Below, in pieces: positions 12,204 through 23,773 of a stretch of 64,000 nucleotides of DNA. The notes under the pieces are model-generated. The model saw nothing but the letters and a program-made list of their open reading frames with translations. It was not told the origin of the DNA and ran no database searches. A program made the position numbers and the translations under genes. Position 1 is the stretch's first letter; each line of letters starts with the position of its first letter. The DNA lies in the NCBI GenBank assembly GCA_965216785.1, contig OZ244197.1:2912001-2976000 (forward strand). The letters are read 5' to 3'. This DNA comes from Thermodesulfobacteriota bacterium. Its GTDB lineage: Bacteria; Desulfobacterota_D; UBA1144; Nemesobacterales; UBA2774.

Positions 12204-12929
12204 CTATGCTGCGATTTGGAACCCTTTGAGTATTTCACGTACGTCAGAATAATCTATCTTTATACCCGGACCCATCGTATTTGAAACAGTTATTTTCCTT
12301 ACAAAAGTTCCCTTTGAAGACGAGGGCTTCATTTTTACAAGCGAGTCCATGAATACAAGGAAATTTTCCCTTAATTTATCCGCACCGAAAGAAACTTTAC
12401 CAAGCGGAGCATGTATAACGCCGCCTTTATCATTTTTCACTTCGATCCTACCCGCTTTTGCCTCTTTGACTGCATTATCTATCTCAAAAGTAACCGTACC
12501 CACCTTGGGAGTCGGCATAAGCCCTCTTGGCCCAAGCACCTTACCAAGCTTTGCAACCGTGCTCATAACATCAGGGGTAGCTATCGAAACATCGAAGTCA
12601 AGCCAGTTCTCTTTTGAGATTTTATCTATTAATTCTTCAAATCCTACATGATCAGCCCCAGCCGCTTTGGCTTCCTCAGCCTTGTCGCCTTTTGCGAAGA
12701 CCAGCACCCTTATGTCTTTTCCGATACCGTGCGGCAACACCATTCCGGTCCTGATCTGCTGGTTTGCCTGCCTAGGGTCAATACCTAGCTTGACAGACAC
12801 TTCAACGGTCTCATCAAACTTGGCAGTTTTCGTCTCTTCGATAAGTTTAATGGCTTCTGCAAGCTTGTAACTAGCTTTAGCGTCGACTAAACCGACTACA
12901 TCGTTATATTTTTTCCCTTTCTTCGCCAC
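12204..12929 (-). CDS. rplA: 50S ribosomal protein L1
   Basis: [24 protein letters not shown]. Confidence 0.99.
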   Translation of the reverse strand: MAKKGKKYNDVVGLVDAKASYKLAEAIKLIEETKTAKFDETVEVSVKLGIDPRQANQQIRTGMVLPHGIGKDIRVLVFAKGDKAEEAKAAGADHVGFEELIDKISKENWLDFDVSIATPDVMSTVAKLGKVLGPRGLMPTPKVGTVTFEIDNAVKEAKAGRIEVKNDKGGVIHAPLGKVSFGADKLRENFLVFMDSLVKMKPSSSKGTFVRKITVSNTMGPGIKIDYSDVREILKGFQIAA

Positions 12930-12972
12930 TTCTTATCTCCTTATTAGTGCAATCATAATTTCGTGATTCCAT

Positions 12973-13389
12973 TTAATTTACGTCAATTCCCATACTTCTG
13001 GCTGTTCCTTCAACGATCTTAGATGCAGCCTCAATACTGTCGGTATTCAGATCGGGGAGTTTGGTTTTGGCAATCTCCTCAACCTGAGACCTGGTAACTG
13101 CGCCCGCTTTCACTTTGGGCACCTCACCCGAGCCTTTTTGTATATTCGCAGCCTTTTTAAGTAAATAAGAAACCGGCGGCGTCTTAACAATAAAGGAAAA
13201 TGATTTGTCGACATAAACCGTTACCGTTACAGGCAAAAGCCCTTCCATCTTGGAGGTCTCAGCGTTAAACGCTTTACAGAACTCCATGATATTCACACCG
13301 CGCTGTCCGAGCGCAGGCCCTACGGGCGGGGAAGGAGTCGCTTTACCCGCATCTACCAGAAGTTTTATATATCCGTCTATCTTCTTCAT
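12973..13389 (-). CDS. rplK: 50S ribosomal protein L11
   Basis: [35 protein letters not shown]. Confidence 0.99.
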   Translation of the reverse strand: MKKIDGYIKLLVDAGKATPSPPVGPALGQRGVNIMEFCKAFNAETSKMEGLLPVTVTVYVDKSFSFIVKTPPVSYLLKKAANIQKGSGEVPKVKAGAVTRSQVEEIAKTKLPDLNTDSIEAASKIVEGTARSMGIDVN

Positions 13390-13390
13390 A

Positions 13391-13948
13391 CTAAATCTTC
13401 TCCACTTGATTGAAATCCAGCTCTATTGGCGTTGTTCTCCCGAATATGGTTACAAGCACCTGCACTTTTGCTTTATCAGGCCTCACTTCCTCTATCACTC
13501 CAGAGAAATTGGCAAACGGACCTTCAATGACTTTAACAGTCTCGCCTCTTTCAAAAGTGATCTTCGGTTTGGGCTTTAACGTGCCCTCTTCTATCTGCTT
13601 CTTTATCTTCTGTACTTCCTGCTCCTGTATATCGGGAACCGAGTCCGGATCTATAATGCCGTCCTTTATCTTTCCCCCTACAAAACCTATTACTTTAGGA
13701 ATATTTCTTATGAAGTGCCAACTTCTGTCGTTAAGCTCCATTTTTACCAATATATATCCCGGGAAGAACTTTCTTACAGACGTCTTTTTCTTCCCGCCCT
13801 TAATGGGTTCCACTATAGTTTCTGTCGGGACAAGCACTTCATATACCTGGTCCTGAAACCCCTCAGGAACCAACCTGTCCTCGATATATGACTTTACCCT
13901 GTCCTCAAAACCCGTATTCGTATGTACCACGTACCACCTGTCGGCCAT
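13391..13948 (-). CDS. nusG: Transcription termination/antitermination factor NusG
   Basis: [17 protein letters not shown] motif [18 protein letters not shown]. Confidence 0.98.
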   Translation of the reverse strand: MADRWYVVHTNTGFEDRVKSYIEDRLVPEGFQDQVYEVLVPTETIVEPIKGGKKKTSVRKFFPGYILVKMELNDRSWHFIRNIPKVIGFVGGKIKDGIIDPDSVPDIQEQEVQKIKKQIEEGTLKPKPKITFERGETVKVIEGPFANFSGVIEEVRPDKAKVQVLVTIFGRTTPIELDFNQVEKI

Positions 13949-13974
13949 AAATTTAAACTCTCTCCGTTTCTCGA

Positions 13975-14178
13975 TTAACCCAATATAAACCTAACTATGT
14001 ATGAAAAAGTGAAGTCTACAAGACCTAAAAAAGCTGCAAATACGCCTGATATAACGACTACGGCTAATGTTGACTTCACGGCTTCTGGCCTGGATGGCCA
14101 CGTTATGCGCTTGGCCTCAGTCTCAATATCCTTAGCGTATTGCGTAGTATACTCGGTAAGCTCACTTATTTTACTCAT
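13975..14178 (-). CDS. secE: Preprotein translocase subunit SecE
   Basis: EAKRITWPSR motif followed by one TM helix; between tRNA-Trp and nusG. Confidence 0.95.
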   Translation of the reverse strand: MSKISELTEYTTQYAKDIETEAKRITWPSRPEAVKSTLAVVVISGVFAAFLGLVDFTFSYIVRFILG

Positions 14179-14226
14179 AATGTATTTCCCAAGTTCACAA
14201 ATTTATCCCATGAATCTATTCATATA

Positions 14227-14300
14227 CAGGGCAGGAGGGAATCGAACCCCCAACCGCTGGTTTTGGAGACCAGTGCTCTACCTAATTGAGCTACTGCCCT
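14227..14300 (-). tRNA. tRNA-Trp (CCA); 3' CCA not encoded
   Basis: AGGGCAGTAGCTCAATTAGGTAGAGC-A-CTGGT-CTCCAAA-ACCAG...GGTTCGATTCC-CTCCTGCCCTG cloverleaf. Confidence 0.97.
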
Positions 14301-14315
14301 TCACTAATATTCCCG

Positions 14316-14474
14316 CTACTTCGTTTCCTTATGAAGTATATGGCGTCTGCACCATCTGCAATATTTTTTAAGCTCGATCTTCTCGCGGTGAGTCTGCTTA
14401 TTCTTTATAGTTGAATAGTTTCTTCTCTTGCACTCATCGCAAGCAAGCGTTACGACTACTGTATTATCGCCCAT
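14316..14474 (-). CDS. rpmG: 50S ribosomal protein L33, zinc-binding type (52 aa; absent from the ORF track)
   Basis: Hand translation [52 protein letters not shown] with two CxxC motifs. Confidence 0.97.
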   Translation of the reverse strand: MGDNTVVVTLACDECKRRNYSTIKNKQTHREKIELKKYCRWCRRHILHKETK

Positions 14475-14484
14475 ATCCTAATTT

Positions 14485-15669
14485 CTACTCCGTAATTTTA
14501 GTAACAACACCAGCGCCAACGGTTCTTCCGCCTTCGCGGATAGCGAAGCGAAGCTGCTCTTCCATCGCCACAGGCGCTATAAGCTCTACATCCATGTTTA
14601 TGTTATCCCCGGGCATTACCATCTCAACTCCCTCTGGAAGCACTATCGATCCCGTCACGTCCGTTGTCCTTAAGTAAAACTGCGGACGGTATCCAGGGAA
14701 AAACGGCGTATGCCTTCCACCCTCTTCTTTCTTAAGCACATAAACCTCTGCCTTAAACTTCGCATGAGGTGTAATGCTCCCGGGTTTTGACAGTACCTGC
14801 CCTCTTTCCACATCGTCTTTTCCCGTACCCCTCAGAAGCACTCCTACGTTGTCCCCGGCTATCGCGTCGTCAAGTATCTTCCTGAACATCTCAAGGCTCG
14901 TGGCAACCGTCTTCTGCGTCTCCCCAAAACCTACTATCTCCACCTCGTCTCCGCCTACGATCTTCCCTCTCTCAACTCTTCCCGTTACAACCGTTCCCCT
15001 ACCGGAGATAGTGAACACGTCCTCTATCGCCATCAAGAAAGGCTTGTCCATGTCCCTTACCGGCTCTGGAATGTAGCTGTCTACCGCGTTCATCAGCTCA
15101 AGTATCTGCTGCTCTGCGGCCGCGTCCTCTTCTAGAGCTTTAAGCGCGCTTACCCTTACTACAGGGATATCGTCCCCAGGGAAGCCGTACTGGCTAAGGA
15201 GGTCCCTTACCTCAAGCTCTACCAAATCTAGTAATTCTTCGTCGTCCATCATATCTACTTTATTAAGCGCTACAACTATATAAGGCACTCCAACCTGGCG
15301 TGCAAGAAGTATGTGCTCACGTGTCTGTGGCATCGGGCCGTCAGGGGCGCTTACCACCAATATCGCGCCGTCCATCTGCGCAGCTCCGGTGATCATGTTC
15401 TTTACATAGTCCGCGTGACCGGGGCAGTCTACGTGCGCGTAGTGCCGGGTCTCTGTCTCGTACTCTACGTGGGCGATGTTTATTGTGATTCCGCGCTCTT
15501 TCTCTTCAGGGGCTTTGTCTATGTCCGCAAACTCCACGAACGCCGCCTGTCCGGCTTTCTCCAAAACCTTTGTTATCGCTGCCGTGAGCGTCGTCTTCCC
15601 GTGGTCTACGTGACCTATCGTCCCTATGTTTAAGTGCGGCTTGCCCCGCTCAAATTTCTCTTTTGACAT
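14485..15669 (-). CDS. tuf: Elongation factor Tu
   Basis: [34 protein letters not shown]. Confidence 0.99.
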   Translation of the reverse strand: MSKEKFERGKPHLNIGTIGHVDHGKTTLTAAITKVLEKAGQAAFVEFADIDKAPEEKERGITINIAHVEYETETRHYAHVDCPGHADYVKNMITGAAQMDGAILVVSAPDGPMPQTREHILLARQVGVPYIVVALNKVDMMDDEELLDLVELEVRDLLSQYGFPGDDIPVVRVSALKALEEDAAAEQQILELMNAVDSYIPEPVRDMDKPFLMAIEDVFTISGRGTVVTGRVERGKIVGGDEVEIVGFGETQKTVATSLEMFRKILDDAIAGDNVGVLLRGTGKDDVERGQVLSKPGSITPHAKFKAEVYVLKKEEGGRHTPFFPGYRPQFYLRTTDVTGSIVLPEGVEMVMPGDNINMDVELIAPVAMEEQLRFAIREGGRTVGAGVVTKITE

Positions 15670-15731
15670 CGATTGCCTCCTTTATATTGCCTCCTGAGAG
15701 TATTTAGAAACAAACAATTTTTTGTAAAATA

Positions 15732-15807
15732 TGGAGCCCACGAGCGGACTTGAACCGCTGACCTCATCCTTACCAAGGATGTGCTCTACCGGCTGAGCTA
15801 CGTGGGC
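15732..15807 (-). tRNA. tRNA-Thr (GGT), CCA encoded
   Basis: GCCCACGTAGCTCAG...ATCCTTGGTAAGGAT...GGTTCAAGTCC...GTGGGCTCCA. Confidence 0.97.
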
Positions 15808-15820
15808 CAAGCTCTTTATG

Positions 15821-15894
15821 AGCGGGAGACGGGATTCGAACCCGCGACCCTCAGCTTGGAAGGCTGATGCTCTAGCCAACTGAGCTACTCCCGC
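15821..15894 (-). tRNA. tRNA-Gly (TCC); CCA not encoded
   Basis: GCGGGAGTAGCTCAGTTGGCTAGAGC...CAGCCTTCCAAGCTG...GGTTCGAATCC. Confidence 0.97.
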
Positions 15895-15988
15895 TAAAAC
15901 AGCATTAGCATTTCGAACCATCCAATAATATAGGTAAGACAAAGATCTCCAAGGCAAAGTAACCATAGCATTTCGTATCAAATTATTT

Positions 15989-16071
15989 TGGGGAGGGCAG
16001 GATTCGAACCTACGTAGGCTTGCACCGGCAGATTTACAGTCTGCTGCTTTTGACCACTCAGCCACCTCCCC
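15989..16071 (-). tRNA. tRNA-Tyr (GTA); CCA not encoded
   Basis: GGGGAGGTGGCTGAGTGG...GCAGACTGTAAATCTGC, long variable arm, GTAGGTTCGAATCCTGC. Confidence 0.96.
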
Positions 16072-16134
16072 TATAGGTACGTATGTTAATATTTGCATCT
16101 GATGCATTTTATATACCAGTGTAATTTATATAGC

Positions 16135-16209
16135 TGGAGCTGGCGAAGGGATTTGAACCCCCGGCCTGCTGATTACAAATCAGCTGCTCTACCACTGAGC
16201 TACGCCAGC
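16135..16209 (-). tRNA. tRNA-Thr (TGT), CCA encoded
   Basis: GCTGGCGTAGCTCAGTGGTAGAGC...CTGATTTGTAATCAG...GGTTCAAATCC...GCCAGCTCCA. Confidence 0.97.
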
Positions 16210-16291
16210 AATTTAAAATTTATTGATTATTTACTATGGAATCTCCATCTAATAAATTAGATATAACTCGACCGCATATTAGAAACTATCT

Positions 16292-16321
16292 ATTTTAACA
16301 CAGGTATTCCGATACTGTCAA
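16292..16321 (-). promoter_or_regulatory. Sigma70-type promoter of the tRNA-tuf operon
   Basis: TTGACA-N18-TAAAAT on the minus strand, ~80 nt upstream of tRNA-Thr(TGT). Confidence 0.7.
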
Positions 16322-16338
16322 TACTAGAAGCTGTAAAA

Positions 16339-16776
16339 TTAGTAAAGAGATACTATAATCTCGGCTTCCGCGGCCTTGTCATCATTTACAAAAGCCTCTG
16401 CACTAAATCTAATGATTCTAGAGCGCTTTCTTTGAATGCTTACATCCATTTTTATGAGATCTCCGGGCCTGACTACCTGTCTGAACCTAACTTTTTCAAG
16501 ACCTGCCAGATACGCCCCTGTAAGACCCTCAGCCTCAAGCTCCTCGGTGAACGAATAGTATACCAGAACGCCGCCTGTCTGAGCCAGCGCTTCTACAATT
16601 AATACTCCTGGAACTATCGGATTTCCGGGAAAATGACCCTTAAAGAACTCCTCTTCGGGCCCGAATGTTCTTTGGGCTACGATTCTTGATCCCTTCTCAA
16701 GCTCAATTACCTTGTCTACAAAGAGAAAGGGATCCCTGTGCGGAATATAGTTCTTTATTTCATCTCTTTCAATCAA
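16339..16776 (-). CDS. fabZ: 3-hydroxyacyl-ACP dehydratase
   Basis: IPHRDPFLFVD, FFKGHFPGNPIVPGVLIVEALAQ. Confidence 0.95.
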   Translation of the reverse strand: MIERDEIKNYIPHRDPFLFVDKVIELEKGSRIVAQRTFGPEEEFFKGHFPGNPIVPGVLIVEALAQTGGVLVYYSFTEELEAEGLTGAYLAGLEKVRFRQVVRPGDLIKMDVSIQRKRSRIIRFSAEAFVNDDKAAEAEIIVSLY

Positions 16777-16815
16777 CTTAACAAACCTCTTGTTGATAAT
16801 AACGGGCTATATGCG

Positions 16816-17322
16816 CTAATTTTTAGCATCATACGCCTGAATAACCTGCTGAGTTATATCAGCGCTCGGCTCTCCGTAAACAAGCGCATCAGAGCTGAGT
16901 ATAAGAGTATATCCACCGGCTTTCCCTATGGACTGGAGCACTGTTTCCAAATCCTTAACGATGCTTTGCATAAGCTCAAAATCCCTTTTCTGCAGATCAT
17001 CTCTGAAGTCAGCGCGCGTTCTGTTTAACTCCTTATCAAGTTTCTCAATTTGATCGGCTTTCTGGAGCCTTGTGGTTTCGTTCATAGCGGGACCTTGCTG
17101 AACAAAATCACTGCGGAGTCTCTCTAGCTGAGCACGCTTACTCTCTATAATCTGCTGCTTTCGCTGTATTTCGCTCTCAAAAGAAGCTTTAGCGGCTTTT
17201 CCAGCTTTAGAGTCCCTAATTACACGCTGAATGTCTATAAAAGCCAGCTTATTACCCTGCGCATAGGCAGAGCCTGAAACAAACAACAATAAACCCAATA
17301 TAATAAGTGATACTCGCATCAT
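16816..17322 (-). CDS. skp: Periplasmic chaperone Skp/OmpH
   Basis: Signal peptide, KLAFIDIQRVI, coiled coil, C-terminal DITQQVI; directly after bamA. Confidence 0.92.
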   Translation of the reverse strand: MMRVSLIILGLLLFVSGSAYAQGNKLAFIDIQRVIRDSKAGKAAKASFESEIQRKQQIIESKRAQLERLRSDFVQQGPAMNETTRLQKADQIEKLDKELNRTRADFRDDLQKRDFELMQSIVKDLETVLQSIGKAGGYTLILSSDALVYGEPSADITQQVIQAYDAKN

Positions 17323-17337
17323 AAACCTCCTTGATTT

Positions 17338-19737
17338 TTAGAATAATGTTCCTACAGTAAACTGAATTTCATACGACTTTTCACCTGGCAGTCTGTCACT
17401 GATCGGGAATCCGACTTCCAGCCTAAGCGGCCCCAGAGGAGATACCCACCTGACACCGAAACCAACGTCGGATCTTAGATCAGCCGGATTAATGGTCAAA
17501 TCCTCACCATCGTTAAACGCGTTACCCGTATCAAAAAACAAGACCCCCCTGAGCCCTGCTCTGGGAAGAATCGGGAATACGAAATCCGCTGTTACCAATA
17601 GCTCCTGAACACCACCGATGATAACGAAATCTCCGTCAGCAGTTGGCACTCTAGGCCCTACTCTCCTGAAACCGTAACCCCTTAGAGAATTAGGTCCTCC
17701 GAGAAAGAACCTTTCGCCCACGACCAGATCGTTACCGTTGTTCCTGAGATTAATCAACCCGTAACGGCCTCTGAAAGAGAACACGGTTCCCAGATAGAAC
17801 GGAACCCATTGTCTTGAGGAAATAGTATATTTAATAAAATCGGTATTTCCACCAAAGGGCGTGCCTGCAAATTCAAGATTGGTCCTTGTAAGGTTCCCAC
17901 GGGTCGGATCGAGTAGGTTATTTCTGGAATCCCATCTTAAACCAAAACCCAAGCTACTTATAGTTCGTTTCTCTTTCGTAAGAATAAGCCTTGCTTCGTC
18001 GTCTATGTCTCCAATATCAAGACTCTCAAGCCTGTAAGTTATTGTACCGTAGAGCTGTCTCCACAATCTACGTCCAACAGTCAGACTTCCACCGAAGGAT
18101 TTCCTATCGAAATCCCTGAATCTCCTATCTGTTCTGAATATAAGCGCGTCTAGAGTCCAGTCTGTGTCAAATAAGTGAGGGTCCTGATAATTTAAGAAGA
18201 ACAGCTGAGTCACACCCCCGATCTGGGCGTTAAAAGAGACTCTCTTTCCGGTTCCAAAAAGGTTGGCTTCCTGTATCTGCCCAGCAAAAATGAATGTTTC
18301 CACAGAGCTGAAACCTCCGGCGACGCTAAAGAACCCTGTAGATTTCTCCTCAACTCTGACTTTTAAATCCAGCTCGTCCTCATCACCCGGCACTCGCTCT
18401 GATACTACTTCAACATTTTCTTCAAAGAAGCCCAGCCTGGTAACCCTTGAGCGGATTGCATCTACCTGTGAAGCGTTAAAAAGCCGTTCCTCCTGAATAG
18501 GTATTTCTCTCCTGATAACCCCGTCCCGGGTTCTTGTGTTTCCTACAATATCAATATTTCTTATGTAAACCTCAGGTCCCTTTTCTACCGCAAACCTTAT
18601 ATCCACCGTGAGGTTCTCTCTGTCAAGATTAAAAGCGGGCTCGACGTTTGCGAACGCATACCCCTTATTGCCGTAAAATGTTGTGAGTCCCGAAATATCC
18701 TCGGCCAGGAAGCTGCCTCTGAATATCTTCCCGCTCTTTAGCTTTAATAGCGCTGTGAGCTCTTCTTCAGGCACGAGAAGATCTCCTGTAAACGAGAGGT
18801 CTTTTACAGTAAATTGATCACCCTCTTCAACCCTGAACGTAACTATGTATCCCTTTTTCTCATCGCTATATACGATCTCAGGCTTTGCAACTTTAGCGTC
18901 GAGAAAACCGTTATCGATATAGGTTGCCCTTATCCTTTCCGAATCGTTCTCAATTTCCCTCTGGTTATAAAGTCCCTTTCCTGAAAGAAATGAGAACATG
19001 CCTTTTGGTTTTGCGTACAGGCCCTCTCTCACAGTTTTAGTTTTAAGTTTTTCGTTGCCTAAAATATTGACTTGTTTTACGTAAGCTTTTTTCCCCTCTT
19101 TAATATTAAAGGTAACACTTACAGTGCCTTCTCCCTCGGGCTCGATATCATAGCTTACATCGGTGCCAACCAAGCCTTTTTCGGAATACAGGGTTTTTAT
19201 GATCTCAACGCTTTTCTGAACCTTGTTAAGATCAATTATCCTGCCCTCTTTAACTTCTATAACTTCGAGGATATCCGGGCTCTTTATATCTTTATTGCCC
19301 CTTATCCTAAGGTCTACGACCACGGGCTTTTCCTTGACGTTAAAAGTAAGGACCACCCCTGTTGGCGTTCTGTCTACTTCTGCTCTTACGTCCTCGAAAA
19401 ATCCTAATTTATAGATTTTCTTTATGTCTTCCCGAACCGAAGCCCCGCTTAGCGGCTGGCCTATCTGAGAAGATAGGTTCAGGGTTATAAGCTCTTTTTC
19501 CACCCTCACATTGCCTTTTACGTCGATATCAATTACCTTGACATCTTCACCCACATCTTGAATTTCGGAGGACCCATCCCCCTCTTCGGTAATTATTTCC
19601 TCACCGGGCTTCTGCACGACACTGTCTTCTTGTCCCAAGACCGAGACTGAGCCCGAGACCAAAACCATTATCAAAATTACCAATCCAAAAGATAGGTGTA
19701 TTTGAGCAATATTAATTCGCTTCAACAATTTTTCCAT
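17338..19737 (-). CDS. bamA: Outer membrane protein assembly factor BamA (start uncertain, overlaps lolD)
   Basis: Five POTRA-like repeats, LRGY loop motif, SPLGPLR, C-terminal Phe. Confidence 0.96.
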   Translation of the reverse strand: MEKLLKRINIAQIHLSFGLVILIMVLVSGSVSVLGQEDSVVQKPGEEIITEEGDGSSEIQDVGEDVKVIDIDVKGNVRVEKELITLNLSSQIGQPLSGASVREDIKKIYKLGFFEDVRAEVDRTPTGVVLTFNVKEKPVVVDLRIRGNKDIKSPDILEVIEVKEGRIIDLNKVQKSVEIIKTLYSEKGLVGTDVSYDIEPEGEGTVSVTFNIKEGKKAYVKQVNILGNEKLKTKTVREGLYAKPKGMFSFLSGKGLYNQREIENDSERIRATYIDNGFLDAKVAKPEIVYSDEKKGYIVTFRVEEGDQFTVKDLSFTGDLLVPEEELTALLKLKSGKIFRGSFLAEDISGLTTFYGNKGYAFANVEPAFNLDRENLTVDIRFAVEKGPEVYIRNIDIVGNTRTRDGVIRREIPIQEERLFNASQVDAIRSRVTRLGFFEENVEVVSERVPGDEDELDLKVRVEEKSTGFFSVAGGFSSVETFIFAGQIQEANLFGTGKRVSFNAQIGGVTQLFFLNYQDPHLFDTDWTLDALIFRTDRRFRDFDRKSFGGSLTVGRRLWRQLYGTITYRLESLDIGDIDDEARLILTKEKRTISSLGFGLRWDSRNNLLDPTRGNLTRTNLEFAGTPFGGNTDFIKYTISSRQWVPFYLGTVFSFRGRYGLINLRNNGNDLVVGERFFLGGPNSLRGYGFRRVGPRVPTADGDFVIIGGVQELLVTADFVFPILPRAGLRGVLFFDTGNAFNDGEDLTINPADLRSDVGFGVRWVSPLGPLRLEVGFPISDRLPGEKSYEIQFTVGTLF

Positions 19738-20386
19738 CAGAGAGTTTGATTCTCCTATTTAGCCTGTTGGCAATTTCCAGATTGTGTGTAACAAGGACAG
19801 ATGAAATTCCGTATTCGTTGTTTAGCATCATAAATAAATCAAGCACATGCGCCCCGGTTTCCATATCGAGATTACCCGTTGGCTCATCGGCTAAGATCAC
19901 TTTAGGCTTCATAACAACGGCTCTTGCAATGGCAACCCTTTGCTGCTCTCCTCCCGAAAGCTCTCCCGGGCGGTGCTCCAGCCTTTCTTTAAGTCCTACT
20001 TTAGTCAGCAGATCACGTGCCAAAGCCTCTGCTTCCTCTGTTACCACACCGTTTATAAGAGCTGGCATCATAACATTTTCTAACGCAGTGAACTCGGCTA
20101 GTAGATAGTGGAATTGAAATACAAAACCAATCTCCGTGTTTCTAAACACCGAAAGCTCGCTGTCAGATTTCTCAAAAATATTTTCATCCGCAAAAAATAT
20201 TTCGCCTTCCGTAGGTCTTTCCAAAGTACCCAGCAAATGTAAAAGCGTACTTTTCCCTGACCCCGAAACACCTACCACGGCAAGTGTTTCTTTATCCGCT
20301 ATATCAAGATCTATACCCCTTAGAGCCTCTACTTTGCCACCTACGGTCTCAAACACTTTCCATAAACCTCGTACTCGAATCTGCAT
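19712..20386 (-). CDS. lolD: Lipoprotein-releasing ABC transporter ATPase
   Basis: GVSGSGKST, LSGGEQQRVAIARA, LADEPTGNLD; follows a lolC/E-type gene. Confidence 0.92.
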   Translation of the reverse strand: MQIRVRGLWKVFETVGGKVEALRGIDLDIADKETLAVVGVSGSGKSTLLHLLGTLERPTEGEIFFADENIFEKSDSELSVFRNTEIGFVFQFHYLLAEFTALENVMMPALINGVVTEEAEALARDLLTKVGLKERLEHRPGELSGGEQQRVAIARAVVMKPKVILADEPTGNLDMETGAHVLDLFMMLNNEYGISSVLVTHNLEIANRLNRRIKLSDGKIVEAN

Positions 20387-20389
20387 TTG

Positions 20390-21694
20390 TTATTCGTACC
20401 TTAATGCCTCAATCGGATCTTTTCGAGACGCTTGATACGACGGATATAAAGTTGCCACAAAACATATCAATATGCTGAAGAATGCAACAAGTAAAAAATA
20501 AAACGGTTCAATTCTAACCGGAAACTCGGAAATAGGATAGACATTATTATCAAAAGGAATAAGTCCTCTTATAGTATCGTTGGTTTTTAAGAGATAGCAG
20601 AACCCGAATCCAGCGAGTGTTCCCAGAATTGTACCTATGGTTCCGATGATCATTCCGTCTATTATAAAAATCTTTAGAATCCCTTTTCTTGTAGCGCCCA
20701 TGGCGCGCAGTATAGCTATATCCTTTCCTTTTTCCATAACCACCATTGTCAGCGTGCTGACAATGTCTAGCGCAGCCACAAGTACAATAAACCCAAGAAA
20801 TATTCCTATTGCTATCCTCTCTAACCTAAGAGCTTTGAAAAGGCTCTGATTTACCTCTTCCCAGTTTCTTGCGTAATATGGGAAGCCCAATACCGAGGCA
20901 AGCTCCTGACCGAGAGTTTTAGCTGCATATATATCCTCAACCTTTATCTCCACTCCCGACACTTGCTCCTTCATATCGAAGAAATCCATAGCGTCCGGCA
21001 AGTTGATGTAAGAGATAGAAGAATCGTACTCTATCATACCGTAATTGAATATTCCTATAACTTCAAACTTTTTAACTTTAGCGGTGGGTCCAAAGGGACC
21101 CATTTTTCCGAACGGAGAAACCAGGCTCACCAAGTCACCTTCGACAATACCAAGTGTAGACGCAAGCTCCTTGCCGATTAATATCGGTGGTTTTTCACTC
21201 TGAGTTTCTTGAGAGAGTTTCCCCAGAATTTCCTTTCCAATCTCACTTAGCTGCTTATCTTTTATTCTCTCGCCGTCTTTGACTCCCAGAGCGCCCCTGC
21301 CCAGAGCCTGTTCGATATTGGTTACTGAGCCCGCGCTTTTCGTATCTATGCCCCTTATAACCGAGCCCGAAACACTCCTTTCGCTTCCGATCATTCCCTG
21401 GCCGTATATAAAGGGACTTGCTCCCAATACCCCTGGGAATTCGAGCGCGTCTTCTTTAACTTCCTCGTAATCACTCATCGGCCCTTCATAGCTAAGAATG
21501 ACAACATGGGAGCTGACTCCAAGGATTTTATCCCTGAGCTCATCCTCAAACCCGCCCATAACCGACAGCACGACGTTAAGAGCCATTACACCAATGAACA
21601 CACCGAGCACAGAAATAAAACCTATAATGGAGGTAAACTTCTGCTTTCTCCGCGAGCTCAGATATCTAAGTCCTATAAAAAATTCGTATTTCAT
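20390..21694 (-). CDS. Lipoprotein-releasing ABC transporter permease (LolC/E family)
   Basis: [23 protein letters not shown]...DPIEALRYE. Confidence 0.92.
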   Translation of the reverse strand: MKYEFFIGLRYLSSRRKQKFTSIIGFISVLGVFIGVMALNVVLSVMGGFEDELRDKILGVSSHVVILSYEGPMSDYEEVKEDALEFPGVLGASPFIYGQGMIGSERSVSGSVIRGIDTKSAGSVTNIEQALGRGALGVKDGERIKDKQLSEIGKEILGKLSQETQSEKPPILIGKELASTLGIVEGDLVSLVSPFGKMGPFGPTAKVKKFEVIGIFNYGMIEYDSSISYINLPDAMDFFDMKEQVSGVEIKVEDIYAAKTLGQELASVLGFPYYARNWEEVNQSLFKALRLERIAIGIFLGFIVLVAALDIVSTLTMVVMEKGKDIAILRAMGATRKGILKIFIIDGMIIGTIGTILGTLAGFGFCYLLKTNDTIRGLIPFDNNVYPISEFPVRIEPFYFLLVAFFSILICFVATLYPSYQASRKDPIEALRYE

Positions 21695-23154
21695 TCGGGC
21701 CTTAGGTGAGGGAAAAATATTACTTCCCTTATCGAAAGGGAATTCGTCAATAGCATTACAAGGCGGTCGATCCCTATTCCGGCTCCAGCCGCCGGAGGCA
21801 TGCCATGCTCAAGCGCGGTAACATAGTCCTCGTCCATCTGATGCGCCTCCTCGTCGCCCCTTTCTTTTAGTTCCAGCTGTTTTTGAAATCTCTCTTTTTG
21901 ATCTATTGGGTCATTGAGCTCTGAAAAAGCGTTTGCCATCTCGCGGCCCGCTATATATAGCTCGAACCGGTCAGTAATTTTAGGGTTCTCCTCGTTTTTT
22001 CGCGCCAACGGAGATACATCGAGAGGAAAGCCATAGACAAATGTAGGATCCATAAGATGATCACCGATAAGGGCTTCAAAAATTTCAGTTACAGCTTTCC
22101 CCCATACACCGTGATGCTCAAGACCCATAGAATCGGCCTTGGCAAATATTTTCGCTTCGTCGCTCAGTACTTCATCCCCCAGCTTTTCCCTAAGCGACTC
22201 AAGAATATTTATCCTCTTCCACGGACGAGCCATATCAATGCTCAAGTCTCCGTATTCAAACTTCAGTGAGCCTTTAATCTCTTCTGCAAGATAGCATAAA
22301 AGCTCTTCGATAAGCTCCATCAGATCTTCGTAAGTAGCATACGCTTCATATAATTCCATTATGGTAAATTCAGGGTTGTGCTGGGTCGATATACCCTCGT
22401 TCCTAAAGGTCCTTCCGATCTCGTAGACCCTCTCGATTCCACCTACGACCAACCTCTTTAAGAACAGCTCGGGGGCTATCCTTAGAAAAAGGTCCATGCT
22501 TAGAGCGTTGTGGAAAGTTTCAAAAGGTTTCGCAGCGGCACCGCCCGCTATTTGATTAAGTATAGGTGTTTCTACCTCTACATAATCCTTATTGTCCATG
22601 AACTCCCTGATTAGCTTTAGCACCCTGCTTCTGGTCAGAAAGATTTCCTTCACTTCGGGATTGGATATTAGATCCAGGTAGCGCTGTCGGTATCTGAGCT
22701 CAACGTCTTTAAGACCGTGCCACTTTTCAGGAAGCGGATGCAGGGATTTCGTGAGAAGGGAAAACTCGCTAACGTTAACAGTAAGCTCCCCTGTTCTGGT
22801 TTTAAATAGAGTGCCTTTTATGCCTACTATGTCGCCCAGATCTACGTACTTCTTAAAGAACTTAAGCTCATCTTCGCCTATAACATCTTTTTTTACATAA
22901 CCCTGAATACGGCCGGTTCTGTCGGAAATATGCATGAAGAGACTTTTTCCAAAATCCCTCACAGCCACGACTCTCCCGGCTAGAGAGAATACATCTTCTA
23001 AGCTTGAGAGCTCTTCCTCGCTCATCTCACCGTAACAGGATATAAGTTCCCTGGCTACGTGCGCTGGTTTAAAATTATTGGCGAAAGGGTTAACGCCTTG
23101 AGACCTAAGCTCATCAAGCTTATCCTTTCGTTGCTCAAATTGTTCGTTTTCCAT
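21691..23154 (-). CDS. lysS: Lysyl-tRNA synthetase, class II
   Basis: [37 protein letters not shown]. Confidence 0.98.
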   Translation of the reverse strand: MENEQFEQRKDKLDELRSQGVNPFANNFKPAHVARELISCYGEMSEEELSSLEDVFSLAGRVVAVRDFGKSLFMHISDRTGRIQGYVKKDVIGEDELKFFKKYVDLGDIVGIKGTLFKTRTGELTVNVSEFSLLTKSLHPLPEKWHGLKDVELRYRQRYLDLISNPEVKEIFLTRSRVLKLIREFMDNKDYVEVETPILNQIAGGAAAKPFETFHNALSMDLFLRIAPELFLKRLVVGGIERVYEIGRTFRNEGISTQHNPEFTIMELYEAYATYEDLMELIEELLCYLAEEIKGSLKFEYGDLSIDMARPWKRINILESLREKLGDEVLSDEAKIFAKADSMGLEHHGVWGKAVTEIFEALIGDHLMDPTFVYGFPLDVSPLARKNEENPKITDRFELYIAGREMANAFSELNDPIDQKERFQKQLELKERGDEEAHQMDEDYVTALEHGMPPAAGAGIGIDRLVMLLTNSLSIREVIFFPHLRPE

Positions 23155-23256
23155 TGTGAAGAATAAGGTTCTAACTCAAAATGACTACAGCGTCAAGAAA
23201 AAATGCATATTGAATAACATTTATGTATTAGGAATCCCGAGCGAGCGGCTTTTGAG

Positions 23257-23670
23257 TTAAAGTTTTCTATTTTCGTCAAGAATAATATACGTTGCTATAG
23301 CCTTTGCAACAAGTTTATTTTCATTAAATACTTCAACGTCTATAGGAATGATCCGTCCGCCCTTTAGAACACGGGCTTTGGCCTCAACTATACCCTCTTT
23401 GACAGGGGCAAGAAAATTAATTTTCATCTCTACCGTAACGAACTGCTTTGTACGCTCTGTAGTGCCGGCAAGGGCGTATGCGGCCGCGGCGTCGGCAATA
23501 GTAAATAATGAGCCTCCGTGGAGTACTCCGTAGGGCTGCTCCAGCTTTTCATGATAGGGCATTGTAAGAGTCGCGCGTCCGTTTTCGGCGAGATCTGTGA
23601 CCTCAATTCCCATTTTCTCGCAAAACGGAGGCATCTTAAACGGCAAGTCCAAGTTGTTATTATTACCCAT
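23257..23670 (-). CDS. PaaI-family hotdog-fold thioesterase
   Basis: GVLHGG...IAD and TVEMKINFLAP motifs. Confidence 0.88.
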   Translation of the reverse strand: MGNNNNLDLPFKMPPFCEKMGIEVTDLAENGRATLTMPYHEKLEQPYGVLHGGSLFTIADAAAAYALAGTTERTKQFVTVEMKINFLAPVKEGIVEAKARVLKGGRIIPIDVEVFNENKLVAKAIATYIILDENRKL

Positions 23671-23773
23671 ATGCGTTTTCTCCAGGCATCTATTATTTCT
23701 AAAATTTTACTCTAATTCCACGTTTTAAGACTATTGAATAATCCCGACTCCATAAACCATAGTCCCATAGCTA

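Noticed and set aside
15895-15988. TAGCATTTCG occurring twice between tRNA-Gly and tRNA-Tyr
   Set aside because: Only two 10-bp copies; too short for a CRISPR or att-site call.
15682-16107. 141-aa minus-strand ORF upstream of tuf
   Set aside because: It overlaps three clear tRNA genes; spurious.
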